A stretch of DNA of 64,000 nucleotides from Hyalangium minutum (GTDB lineage: Bacteria; Myxococcota; Myxococcia; Myxococcales; Myxococcaceae): contig NZ_JMCB01000003.1 of assembly GCF_000737315.1 (NCBI RefSeq), forward strand, positions 1,054,001 through 1,118,000, in the 5' to 3' direction. Positions 50,651-59,165 of this stretch are shown piece by piece. Below the pieces are notes generated by a model. It searched no databases, was not told where the DNA came from, and saw only the letters and a program-made list of their open reading frames with translations. The translations under genes and the position numbers were made by a program. Within the stretch, counting starts at the first letter, position 1. Each line of letters opens with the position of its first letter.

Positions 50651-51745
50651 ATGTCCGACCGCATCTTCGCCGCCACACGCAAGGGGCTCTTCGAGCTCCG
50701 CCGCACGCAGGGCCGCTGGCACATCGTCAACACCTCGTTCCTCGGGGACTCCGTCTCGCTGATGGGCAAGAACCCCGCGGATGGCACCCTCTACGCTGCA
50801 CTGTTCCTGGGCCACTTCGGCGTGAAGCTGCGAGCCTCCACCGACGGAGGCCAGCGCTGGGAAGAGCTGGCGGCCCCGGCCTTCCCGACGATTCCCGAGG
50901 GCGTCGTGGACACCCTGCCGGATGGCAAGCCGTGGCCCTGGCGCGTCGAGCAGATCTGGGCCTTCGAGGCCGTGGAGGACACGCTCTGGGTCGGCACGAT
51001 CGGCGGAGGACTCTTCCGCTCGAATGATCGTGGCCGCTCGTGGGAGCTGGTGCGCGGCCTCTGGGAGCACCCGCAGCGCAAGCAGTGGTTCGGCGGTGGC
51101 GCGGATCTGCCGGGCATCCACTCCATCTGCCCCCACCCGAAGAACCCAAACGAGCTCCTCGTCGGTGTCTCGTGTGGCGGTGTCTGGCGCACCCGCGATC
51201 GCGGCGAGAAGTGGGAGGTCGCCAGCCAGGGAATGTTCGCCGAGTACATGCCTCCCGAGCGGCGCGAGGATCCCTCCATTCAGGATCCGCACATGGTCGC
51301 GCGCAGCCCCTCACACCCGGATCGCCTCTGGGTGCAGCACCACAACGGCGTCTTCCGCTCCGATGATGGCGGCAACCGGTGGCACACCATCCACGAGAGC
51401 GCCCCGAGCGTCTTCGGGTTCGCCATTGCGGTCCACCCTACGGAGCCGGACACCGCCTGGCGAGTCCCCGCCATCAAGGACGAGCACCGCGTCCCCGTCG
51501 ATGGCCGCGTCGTCGTCTCCCGCACGCGCGATGCGGGCAAGACCTGGGAGGTGCTGCGCGAGGGCCTGCCCCAGGAGCACGCGTACGATCTCACCCTGCG
51601 CCATGCGCTCGACGTGGACGCCACGGGAGACCGGCTCGCGTTTGGCAGCACCACGGGCTCGCTCTGGGTCTCCGAGAACCAGGGGGACTCGTGGACGCAC
51701 ATCTCCGCGCACCTTCCCCCCATCTACGCGGTGCGCTTCGCCTGA
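50651..51745 (+). CDS. BNR/Asp-box repeat beta-propeller protein (sialidase-like fold)
   Basis: Repeated S.D.G..W boxes (STDGGQRW, SNDRGRSW, TRDRGEKW, SDDGGNRW, TRDAGKTW, SENQGDSW). Confidence 0.9.
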   Translation: MSDRIFAATRKGLFELRRTQGRWHIVNTSFLGDSVSLMGKNPADGTLYAALFLGHFGVKLRASTDGGQRWEELAAPAFPTIPEGVVDTLPDGKPWPWRVEQIWAFEAVEDTLWVGTIGGGLFRSNDRGRSWELVRGLWEHPQRKQWFGGGADLPGIHSICPHPKNPNELLVGVSCGGVWRTRDRGEKWEVASQGMFAEYMPPERREDPSIQDPHMVARSPSHPDRLWVQHHNGVFRSDDGGNRWHTIHESAPSVFGFAIAVHPTEPDTAWRVPAIKDEHRVPVDGRVVVSRTRDAGKTWEVLREGLPQEHAYDLTLRHALDVDATGDRLAFGSTTGSLWVSENQGDSWTHISAHLPPIYAVRFA

Positions 51746-51760
51746 GCTAGCCTTGAGCGG

Positions 51761-52501
51761 GTGAACGCCCGTCCTGATCCGGAGTTCCGCCCGCTCGGAG
51801 GCAAGGCCTACGGCTCCATCCCCCACCTGCCGGGCTCGCGCACGGGCCCGGCGGATCGGCACCTCTCGCCCACCCACGCGCGCATCTGCACCGAGCGTCC
51901 GCGCGATGCCCACGATCACGTGGTGGTGCTCGAGAAGCTGGACGGCTCCTGTGTGGCCGCCGCGCGCCTGGGGGACGCGATCGTGGCGCTGGGCCGAGAG
52001 GGCCGCCTCGCCGCGCACTCCCCCAACGAGGCCCGGCGGCTCTGGGCGGCCTGGGTTGCGCAACACTCGAAGCGCTTCCTCGCCACCCTCCAGCCCGGCG
52101 AGCGCCTCGTGGGCGAGTGGCTGGCCCTGGCGCATGGGACCCGCTATGCGCTGCGTCACGAGCCCTTCGTCGCCTTCGACCTCCTGAACGGCAACGAGCG
52201 ACGCCCCTGGCATGAGGTGCGAGCCCGGGTGAGCGTTGGGGGCTTCGTCACCCCGGGCCTCATCCACGAGGGTGGGCCGCTGAGCATCGACGCGGTGATG
52301 GCGCGCCTCCAGGGTGGCGGCTTCCATGGGGCGATCGATGCCGTCGAAGGAGCCGTCTGGCGCGTGGAGCGGCGCATCGAGGGTGCCGAGCGCGTGGACT
52401 TCCTCGCCAAGTACGTGCGGCCGGACAAGGTGGACGGCAGCCTATTGCCCGAAAACACCCACCTGCCCGCCGTCTGGAACTGGCGCCCGGAGCCGTCATG
52501 A
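51761..52501 (+). CDS. RNA ligase family protein (stand-alone nucleotidyltransferase domain)
   Basis: Motif I EKLDGS, III GEW, IIIa FVAFD, IV EGAVW, V LAKYVR. Confidence 0.85.
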   Translation: MNARPDPEFRPLGGKAYGSIPHLPGSRTGPADRHLSPTHARICTERPRDAHDHVVVLEKLDGSCVAAARLGDAIVALGREGRLAAHSPNEARRLWAAWVAQHSKRFLATLQPGERLVGEWLALAHGTRYALRHEPFVAFDLLNGNERRPWHEVRARVSVGGFVTPGLIHEGGPLSIDAVMARLQGGGFHGAIDAVEGAVWRVERRIEGAERVDFLAKYVRPDKVDGSLLPENTHLPAVWNWRPEPS

Positions 52502-53712
52502 GCCGCGAGGAGAGCTCCATGCCACGCGCGTTCTTCGTCACAGGCAACCAGTACAAAGCCGAGGAAGTCGCTCGGCTGCTCTCGGGCATCGACGTGGTCT
52601 GGCGCAAGCTCGCCCTCCCGGGGCACGAGCCCGCAGACGACGCGCAAGGCCCCATCGACCTGGGTGCCCTAGCGAAGCGCAAGGTGCTGGCGGCGTACCA
52701 AGTACTCGGCGCGCCATGCTTCGTGGAGACCACGGCGCTCGAGTTGGACAGCGGGGTCACACTCACGGGAGCCCGCTTCAAGAAACAGTGGCTCGCGCAA
52801 GGCGAGCGCGCGTTCCTGGACACCCATGGCGGCAACCGGGGCCGTGCGCGGGTGGCCGTGGCGTTCTCGGAGAATGGCCATCCGGGTCACGTGGCCCTCT
52901 TCGAGGGCTCCATGGCGGGCACGCTGCTCACGGAGCCTCGGGGCGAGGGCGGCTACGGCTGGGATCGCGCCTGGCTGCCGGATGGGTACGAGCGCACGCT
53001 CGGAGAGATGGCGCAGCACAAGTTCTTCCTCAACATGCGCCACAGGCCGTACCTCGAGCTGGCGGATCGACTCCGGGAGCAATCGGCGGGCGGGGCCTAC
53101 GAGGCGCACGTGACGATCGCGGCGCGCTCGGAGGACGAGTTCCAGCGCTTCCGTGCTTTCTGCGGCGCGGCGGGGGTGAAGTGCATCTTCATCGAGCTGG
53201 GCCAAGGCGAGGCGCGCTTCCAGCCCATGACTGCCTCCTACCACCACGGTCCGCTGAAGCAGGCGCAGGAGGAGGTACAGGCCTTCGCACGCGCGCTGGC
53301 GGTGGAGGGCTTCGACGTGACCCGCCTGAAGATCGAGGCGCTGGGCGCCAACAAGGACATTCCGAGCGATGACGCAACAGCCCGGGCCCAGCCCGCGAAC
53401 TACTTCGAGTTCCACGTCAAGGTGACGCTGCCCGCGGAGGGGGCGGACGTGGAGGCACTGCGGGCGCGGTGCGAGCGGTACGGTGCGCACCTGTCGCGGA
53501 ACGCGCGCAAAGTGCGGGCGGATGGGGGCGCCGAGCGCTTCGTCACGTTGCGAGTGAAAGGACTGGGCCGGGCGAACGCGGAGGCACGCTTCTCGGCGGT
53601 GCTGCGGGATCTGGCAGAGACGGGCCTGCCCCTCTCCTACCCGCTGCGCGAGTACACGGTGTACGACTCGAACCACGCACTCGATCGAGGCTGGGGCGAG
53701 GTGCGGTCATGA
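52498..53712 (+). CDS. HAM1/ITPase-like NTP pyrophosphatase domain fused to an uncharacterised C-terminal domain
   Basis: FVTGNQYKAEE, FEG...G.....RGEGGYGWD...P.GY..T.GEM; C-terminal half with YEAHVT, YFEFHVKV, HLSRNA, EYTVYDSN...D.GW; ATGA overlap with ligase. Confidence 0.85.
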   Translation: MSREESSMPRAFFVTGNQYKAEEVARLLSGIDVVWRKLALPGHEPADDAQGPIDLGALAKRKVLAAYQVLGAPCFVETTALELDSGVTLTGARFKKQWLAQGERAFLDTHGGNRGRARVAVAFSENGHPGHVALFEGSMAGTLLTEPRGEGGYGWDRAWLPDGYERTLGEMAQHKFFLNMRHRPYLELADRLREQSAGGAYEAHVTIAARSEDEFQRFRAFCGAAGVKCIFIELGQGEARFQPMTASYHHGPLKQAQEEVQAFARALAVEGFDVTRLKIEALGANKDIPSDDATARAQPANYFEFHVKVTLPAEGADVEALRARCERYGAHLSRNARKVRADGGAERFVTLRVKGLGRANAEARFSAVLRDLAETGLPLSYPLREYTVYDSNHALDRGWGEVRS

Positions 53713-54533
53713 GCCCCCCACCCGTCCTCCGGGCGGCCACGGGGCTCTTGCGGCGCCTCTCTCACTCGCCCGAGGCGGAGCAGCTCGTCCTGCGGGGCGG
53801 GATGATGATGCGCCTGTGGTCCGGTCCGGTACCTCGGCCGGTGGAGGACATCGACTTCCTGGCTCTCTTCCCCTTCGACCCGGCGGCGACCGCCGCAAGG
53901 CTGGAGTCCGTCTGCCACGTCGAGGCGGGCGATGGGCTCCGCTTCGGCACGCTCCGCTCCGAGGTGATCTGGGCGGAGACGAACTTCCCCGGCGTACGAG
54001 CCTTCGTGGATGTGACGCAGCCCGGAGGCGAAGCGCCTTTCGAGCTGCGGATCGACACGGGCTTCGGCGATCCGATGGATCCGCCCCCGACCTGGATAGA
54101 GCCAGCCTTGGAGGAAGGGCCCCCGGCCCGGGTCCTCGCCTGTCGGCCGGAAACTCTGTTCGCATGGAAGGTCCACGGCCTCTTCGAGCGGGGCAAGGGC
54201 CGCTTCCGCCCAAAGGATCTCTTCGACGTCTACCTGCTGGCGAAGCACTCGCCGCTCGCTCCAGCGCTGCTGCCCCGGGCACTCCGGCTCGCGTTCGACT
54301 CGCGGGGTGACTCGCTCGATCTCACCTCGCGGCTCATCTCGGGCGAGTTCGGCCGGAGCCCCTGGAGCATGGAGAAGTGGGCACGCTTCAGGCAGAGCCT
54401 GCCGGAGGGGCGCCCGGAGCAGCTCGCCGAAGTGGTGGCCTCGGTCGCGGCGGTGCTCGGTCCGGTGGTGGCAGCGGCCCGTGAGCTTCCACCGGCCGCA
54501 CGCCCACCCCCTGTCCACCCTCCTCCTCAGTGA
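53709..54533 (+). CDS. AbiEii/AbiGii (DUF1814)-family nucleotidyltransferase
   Basis: LRGG.......R..EDIDF, RIDTGFGDP, ETLFAWK, R.KDLFD; ATGA overlap with the upstream gene. Confidence 0.85.
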   Translation: MSPPPVLRAATGLLRRLSHSPEAEQLVLRGGMMMRLWSGPVPRPVEDIDFLALFPFDPAATAARLESVCHVEAGDGLRFGTLRSEVIWAETNFPGVRAFVDVTQPGGEAPFELRIDTGFGDPMDPPPTWIEPALEEGPPARVLACRPETLFAWKVHGLFERGKGRFRPKDLFDVYLLAKHSPLAPALLPRALRLAFDSRGDSLDLTSRLISGEFGRSPWSMEKWARFRQSLPEGRPEQLAEVVASVAAVLGPVVAAARELPPAARPPPVHPPPQ

Positions 54534-56110
54534 TCTCCGGTGTGGCCGTGGGACTGAGTGTGCGGCACGACCTCGAGCACTTCGGCCATTCCCAGGTCCC
54601 CATGCTCGGCGATGTGGCAGTGCATCATGAACTGGCCGAGGTAGCGAACGTAGCGAGTGCGCAGCTTGACGGTCTGCCCGCTGCGAACAATCACCGTGTC
54701 CTTCCAGAGGATCTTCCCGTCCTCGGTCGTCAGCTGGAACGGATTCACGTGGATGTGGAAGGGATGGTTGAAGTTCTGGGACGTCACGCTCCACTCCTCC
54801 ACCGCGTCCAGCATCAGCTTGCGCACCGCGTGGGGATCGAATTCCTTGCCATTGATCAGGAACCGCGGCGGCGTCACCGAGAGGTCGATGCTGAAGACGA
54901 CCTGCTGCTGCCCGGTGATCTCAGCGTCCTGGATGGGCTTGAACGGAGCGAGCGGCGCCAACTCCTGAGCCGTGGGGAGGCGCATCCTCTTCAGCTTGCC
55001 CTTCGCCACCACCACCCGAGCCAGGGTGTGCCCCGGTGCGGGAGCTGGCATGTTCTCGTCCACGAGGAAGTATGTCCCCGGCGGCAGCGGAGTCCCATTC
55101 ACCTCCGCCGCACGCACCATCACGTCCACGCGGTAGCCGGGATGCATCTCCGTCTCCGTCACCGCGTCGATCCGGCCGGTGGTGATGCCGTCATGCGCGA
55201 TCTGGAACTGCGTCAGGGGGAACTCCTGATTCCCCTGGCGACGAACCAGCCGGAGCTTGAGCATCTCCCGAAGGCCGCCGTGGATGAACCGCCAGCGCTG
55301 CACCTCACCAGGGAACAGCGTGTAGGTGGGCTCGACTTCTCCATTCAGCGTGAAGCGCCGCCCCTGGGTCGGCCACAGTCCATTCCTGAGCTGGTCATAG
55401 TTCTCCACCATGAAGGCCTGGTGCCCCGGCATCGTGGGATCATCCATCAGCTCATAAGGGATCTGCTGGAAGAGGATGATCCGTTCCTTGGCGGCGCGGA
55501 TGGCGGGCACCCTGTCGATGTCGCCTCGGATGATCAGTGGGCCGGCCATGCCGCTGGCAAGCTGGAGCGTCGCTGAGCCATGCTTGTGCGCGTGGTACCA
55601 GTAGGTGCCCGCGGGATGGTCCAGGGGGATCTTCACCTCGTACTCGAATCGATGGCCTGGAGTCAGGGCCAGCATCACGTTGTCCGCGTTCCCCGAGGGC
55701 GACACGTGCAGTCCGTGGAAGTGAAGATTCGTGGTGTTGAAGCCGTGAGGCTCGGTGCTCGGGTGCTCCATGCCATCGAGGGGCGGCGGCTCGGGAGGGA
55801 GCTGGTTCTCCAGGGTGATGTTGAGCGTGTCCCCGGGAATGGCCTCGATGAGCGGGCCGTGCAGCTTGCCGTTGTAGGAGCGCAGCTTGACCTGGTCCCA
55901 GGCGGTGCACCCTCCGTCCTGAACGCTCCGGCAGATCCGGTGCGTGGCATACCGGAGTTTCAGGTGGATGAAGAGATCGCGAGGAGAGCGCTGGCGCTTG
56001 CCACCGCGCTGATGCGCCTCCTCATGCGCGTCCTCATCATGACGGTCATGCTTCAGGAACCGTTGGTTCCGCTCGACGACTTCGCCCGGGGTCGCTGCTT
56101 CATAGGCCAT
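54527..56110 (-). CDS. Multicopper oxidase
   Basis: NLHFHG, YWYHAH, HPFHIH, HCHIAEHGDLGM copper motifs. Confidence 0.93.
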   Translation of the reverse strand: MAYEAATPGEVVERNQRFLKHDRHDEDAHEEAHQRGGKRQRSPRDLFIHLKLRYATHRICRSVQDGGCTAWDQVKLRSYNGKLHGPLIEAIPGDTLNITLENQLPPEPPPLDGMEHPSTEPHGFNTTNLHFHGLHVSPSGNADNVMLALTPGHRFEYEVKIPLDHPAGTYWYHAHKHGSATLQLASGMAGPLIIRGDIDRVPAIRAAKERIILFQQIPYELMDDPTMPGHQAFMVENYDQLRNGLWPTQGRRFTLNGEVEPTYTLFPGEVQRWRFIHGGLREMLKLRLVRRQGNQEFPLTQFQIAHDGITTGRIDAVTETEMHPGYRVDVMVRAAEVNGTPLPPGTYFLVDENMPAPAPGHTLARVVVAKGKLKRMRLPTAQELAPLAPFKPIQDAEITGQQQVVFSIDLSVTPPRFLINGKEFDPHAVRKLMLDAVEEWSVTSQNFNHPFHIHVNPFQLTTEDGKILWKDTVIVRSGQTVKLRTRYVRYLGQFMMHCHIAEHGDLGMAEVLEVVPHTQSHGHTGDH

Positions 56111-56235
56111 GGTTCTGCTCCTGAGCTCGGGACAGGCCACGGTGACCCGCCCTCAACAGGAGCAGAGTGAGTCCCTGCTCCATGTGACCTACGTGTTCCG
56201 GAAGGAGTCCTGCCCGGCTGTTCTCCAGGCAGACG

Positions 56236-57774
56236 TCATTCGCGGTTCCAACTCCGTCCTTGGCTCCCGAGCAGCTGCCGAGCCTCCTCGGGCCCCCAGC
56301 TCCCCGCCTCGTAGTTGGGTCCGGCCTTCGTCGCGCTCCAGGCCTCCAGCACGGGCATGACCAGTTCCCAGCTCCGCTCCACCATGTCCCGGCGGGTGTA
56401 GAGCGTGGAGATGCCCAGCAGTCCCTCCAGCAGCAGGGGCTCGTAGGCCTCGGGTAGCCGCTCCTCGAAGGCCTGCGCGTAAAGAAAGCTCAGATCCACC
56501 TCGCGCATGCCCAGGCCGCGGCCGGGAATCTTGGTGTTGATGCGCAGCGCCAGGCCCTCGTGGGGCTGGATGCGGATCACCAAGCGGTTGGCCCCCAACT
56601 GCTCCTGCCCTTGCATCCCCGGGAAGCGGAAGTGCCCAGGCTTGAATTGCACCACCACCTCCGTCACCCGTTCCTTGAGACGCTTGCCGGAGCGCACGTA
56701 GAAGGGCACTCCCGCCCACCGTACGCTGTCGAAGCGCATTGTCAGTAGGGCATAGGTCTCCACTCCGGAGTCGGGAGCCACGCCCGGCTCCTCGCGGTAA
56801 CCCGGGACTCGGACTCCGCCCAGTGCCCCCGCGCCGTACTGTCCCCGGATGCACTCCGAGCGGATGCGCTCGGGCGTGAAGGCGCGTGCCCGCTGCAAGA
56901 ACTCCACCTTGGCGGAGCGCACGGCCTCGGGAGAGAAGTTCTCGGGCGGCTCCATGGCCAGCAGCGAGAGCACCTGGAAGACGTGCCCCTGGATCATGTC
57001 CCGCACCGCGCCCGACTGTTCGTAGTACCCGCCGCGGCTCTCCACCCCGAGTGTCTCCGCATGAGTGATCTGCACGTGGTCGATGTGCCGGCGGCTCCAC
57101 AGAGGCTCAAAGAGCCCATTGGCGAAGCGGAGCACCAGCAGGTTCTGAACCATCTCCTTCCCCAGGTAGTGATCCATGCGAAAGATGCTGGGCTCCTCGA
57201 AGTGGCGGTGGAGCCTCGTGTTGAGCGTCCGCGCGCTGTCGAGATCGATGCCAAAGGGCTTCTCGACGATGATGCGCGCCCAGCTGCCGCCCCGAGCCCG
57301 AGACAGCCCCGCGGTGCCCAGGTGGTCCACCACCGTGCCGAACAGGGACGGCGCCACCGAGAGATAAAAGAGACGGTTGCCCCGGGTATTCCGCTCCCGA
57401 TCCACCTGGGCCAGCCGCTCGGCCAGCCGCGTGTAGTCCTCTCCCCGGGAGAGATCCATCGTCACGTAATCAAGCTTCCGGGCGAAGGCCTGCCACTCGA
57501 TCGGATCCACCTCCCCTACCGCCTGCTCCAGGCCCTGGAGCACGCTGGTGCGGAAGCCCTCGCGGTCCATCGCCGCGAGCGAGGCTCCCACCAGCGTGAA
57601 ACCTTCGGGCAGCAGGCCGCGCTCGAAGAGGCGGAAGAGCGCGGGCAGGAGCTTGCGGTGGGCGAGATCGCCCGAGGCGCCAAAGAGGACGAAGACGCAG
57701 GGCTCGGGAATGGCCTCACCCGCAGTTCCCATCGAGAGGCGCTCTTCTGTGTTTGCGATTGCTATCTGCGCCAT
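56236..57774 (-). CDS. zwf: Glucose-6-phosphate 1-dehydrogenase
   Basis: GASGDLAHRKL, EKPFG, RMDHYLGKE, YYEQSGAVRDMIQ.H, GVPFYVRSGKRL, EAYE.L. Confidence 0.95.
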   Translation of the reverse strand: MAQIAIANTEERLSMGTAGEAIPEPCVFVLFGASGDLAHRKLLPALFRLFERGLLPEGFTLVGASLAAMDREGFRTSVLQGLEQAVGEVDPIEWQAFARKLDYVTMDLSRGEDYTRLAERLAQVDRERNTRGNRLFYLSVAPSLFGTVVDHLGTAGLSRARGGSWARIIVEKPFGIDLDSARTLNTRLHRHFEEPSIFRMDHYLGKEMVQNLLVLRFANGLFEPLWSRRHIDHVQITHAETLGVESRGGYYEQSGAVRDMIQGHVFQVLSLLAMEPPENFSPEAVRSAKVEFLQRARAFTPERIRSECIRGQYGAGALGGVRVPGYREEPGVAPDSGVETYALLTMRFDSVRWAGVPFYVRSGKRLKERVTEVVVQFKPGHFRFPGMQGQEQLGANRLVIRIQPHEGLALRINTKIPGRGLGMREVDLSFLYAQAFEERLPEAYEPLLLEGLLGISTLYTRRDMVERSWELVMPVLEAWSATKAGPNYEAGSWGPEEARQLLGSQGRSWNRE

Positions 57775-57778
57775 GACT

Positions 57779-58528
57779 TCACCGTTGAAGTTGTCTAGGG
57801 AGGACGATCAAGTCCTCGAGCTCGACCGCAGGCAGCCCAGCCGCCTCCGCAATCGCGAAGTGCTCCGGCGCGTGATAGCCCCAGACGGCCCAGTGCGCCC
57901 GGAACCCAGCGCCGAGGGCGTCCTTGGCATTCAACACGTTGTCGTCGAAGAACCAGACGTCATCGGGAGAAACAGCAAAGGATTCGCTGATCGCCCTCAG
58001 CACGCGCACCTTGTCCCTGCACTCGCCGTGGATCCGCTCATCCGGGAGACGCAGGCCGGCGTGTTGCAACAACTCCTGGACCGAGCCGCTGTCCTTGGCG
58101 GTGACGATGCACACCGGCAACAGGGAGGTCCGCAGCATGTACTCCAGCCCCGGGTAGAACTGGTGGTAGGCCAGCCAGCGAGCGCGGAAGGCTTGCCGCG
58201 CGGCGCCCCGGTACTCGGTGACGCGGCCAACGAAGCGCTCGACCTGGCGTGGATCCAGGGCTCCGTAGGCCGCGTCGAACTCCGCCTGGCTCTCGAAGAA
58301 GCCCGCGTCGCTCTGGAAGGGCATGAAGAAATGCCCCAGGTGCTTGGTGAAGCTGCGGTGGTTCTTGAACCTCTCGATGAAGCTCGAGGGAATCTGGGCA
58401 AGGCCCTCATCGCTGAAGTGCTCGAGGCTCTTGCTGTAGTGGGCGTTCCAGCTCACCAGAACGCACTCGTTGAGACCATCGACCAGCAGTCCATCGAAGT
58501 CCAATGCCAGGACTTTCTTGGGGCGCAT
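57779..58528 (-). CDS. HAD-superfamily hydrolase
   Basis: ALDFDG (motif I), VTAK (II), K (III), FFDD (IV), WGY. Confidence 0.85.
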   Translation of the reverse strand: MRPKKVLALDFDGLLVDGLNECVLVSWNAHYSKSLEHFSDEGLAQIPSSFIERFKNHRSFTKHLGHFFMPFQSDAGFFESQAEFDAAYGALDPRQVERFVGRVTEYRGAARQAFRARWLAYHQFYPGLEYMLRTSLLPVCIVTAKDSGSVQELLQHAGLRLPDERIHGECRDKVRVLRAISESFAVSPDDVWFFDDNVLNAKDALGAGFRAHWAVWGYHAPEHFAIAEAAGLPAVELEDLIVLPRQLQR

Positions 58529-58549
58529 GTGGGGCCTTCCCTTTCAAGC

Positions 58550-59116
58550 TCACGCAGCAATGGTGGACGAGGACGGATTCCGGGCCGCGTTGGCCTCGAC
58601 CGCCGCGAACACAGCCCTCATGAACTTGCCCACGTACCCGTAGTAGGAGCAGGTGATGATGTTGCCGTCGACAATGACTTCCGCGTCGACCACATCGGCG
58701 CCGCTGTTGATCATGTCATCGACGATGCCAACGTACGAGCACACCTTCCGGCCCTTGAGCACCTTCGCGGAGATCATGATCCACGGGCCGTGACACAGCC
58801 CCGCGACGATCTTCCCCGCCTCATCCATCGCCTTGACGAAGGCCAGCACCGTCTTGTCCTGGCGGACCCGCTCCGGGGCTTCATGGCCGCCAGTGAGGAT
58901 GACCACGTCGTAGCGATCTACGGACAGGGCCGAGAACGGCATGTTGGGCTTGGCCGTCTTGTCCATGGGCAGCGGGACGTTGTACTTGCCAATGACAGGC
59001 TTGCCCTCCTTGGTGGCGATGTCGACGTTGTAGCCCTCCTCCTTCAGGCGGTAGTAGGTGTAGACGACGTCGTGATCCTGGAAGCCGGGGCCGGTGATGA
59101 TGACAGCGTTGAACAT
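58550..59116 (-). CDS. DJ-1/PfpI family protein
   Basis: GFQD, YDVVILTGG, AGLCHGPW nucleophile Cys, VIVDGNIIT. Confidence 0.9.
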   Translation of the reverse strand: MFNAVIITGPGFQDHDVVYTYYRLKEEGYNVDIATKEGKPVIGKYNVPLPMDKTAKPNMPFSALSVDRYDVVILTGGHEAPERVRQDKTVLAFVKAMDEAGKIVAGLCHGPWIMISAKVLKGRKVCSYVGIVDDMINSGADVVDAEVIVDGNIITCSYYGYVGKFMRAVFAAVEANAARNPSSSTIAA

Positions 59117-59165
59117 GGTGGTGCTCCTGTTTGATGGTGGGTTGAGGTGGTGACTGCGGCACGTG

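Noticed and set aside
56159-56181. Hairpin GGAGCAG-N9-CTGCTCC between zwf and the oxidase as a terminator
   Set aside because: Short 7-bp stem with no U-tract; cannot be supported.
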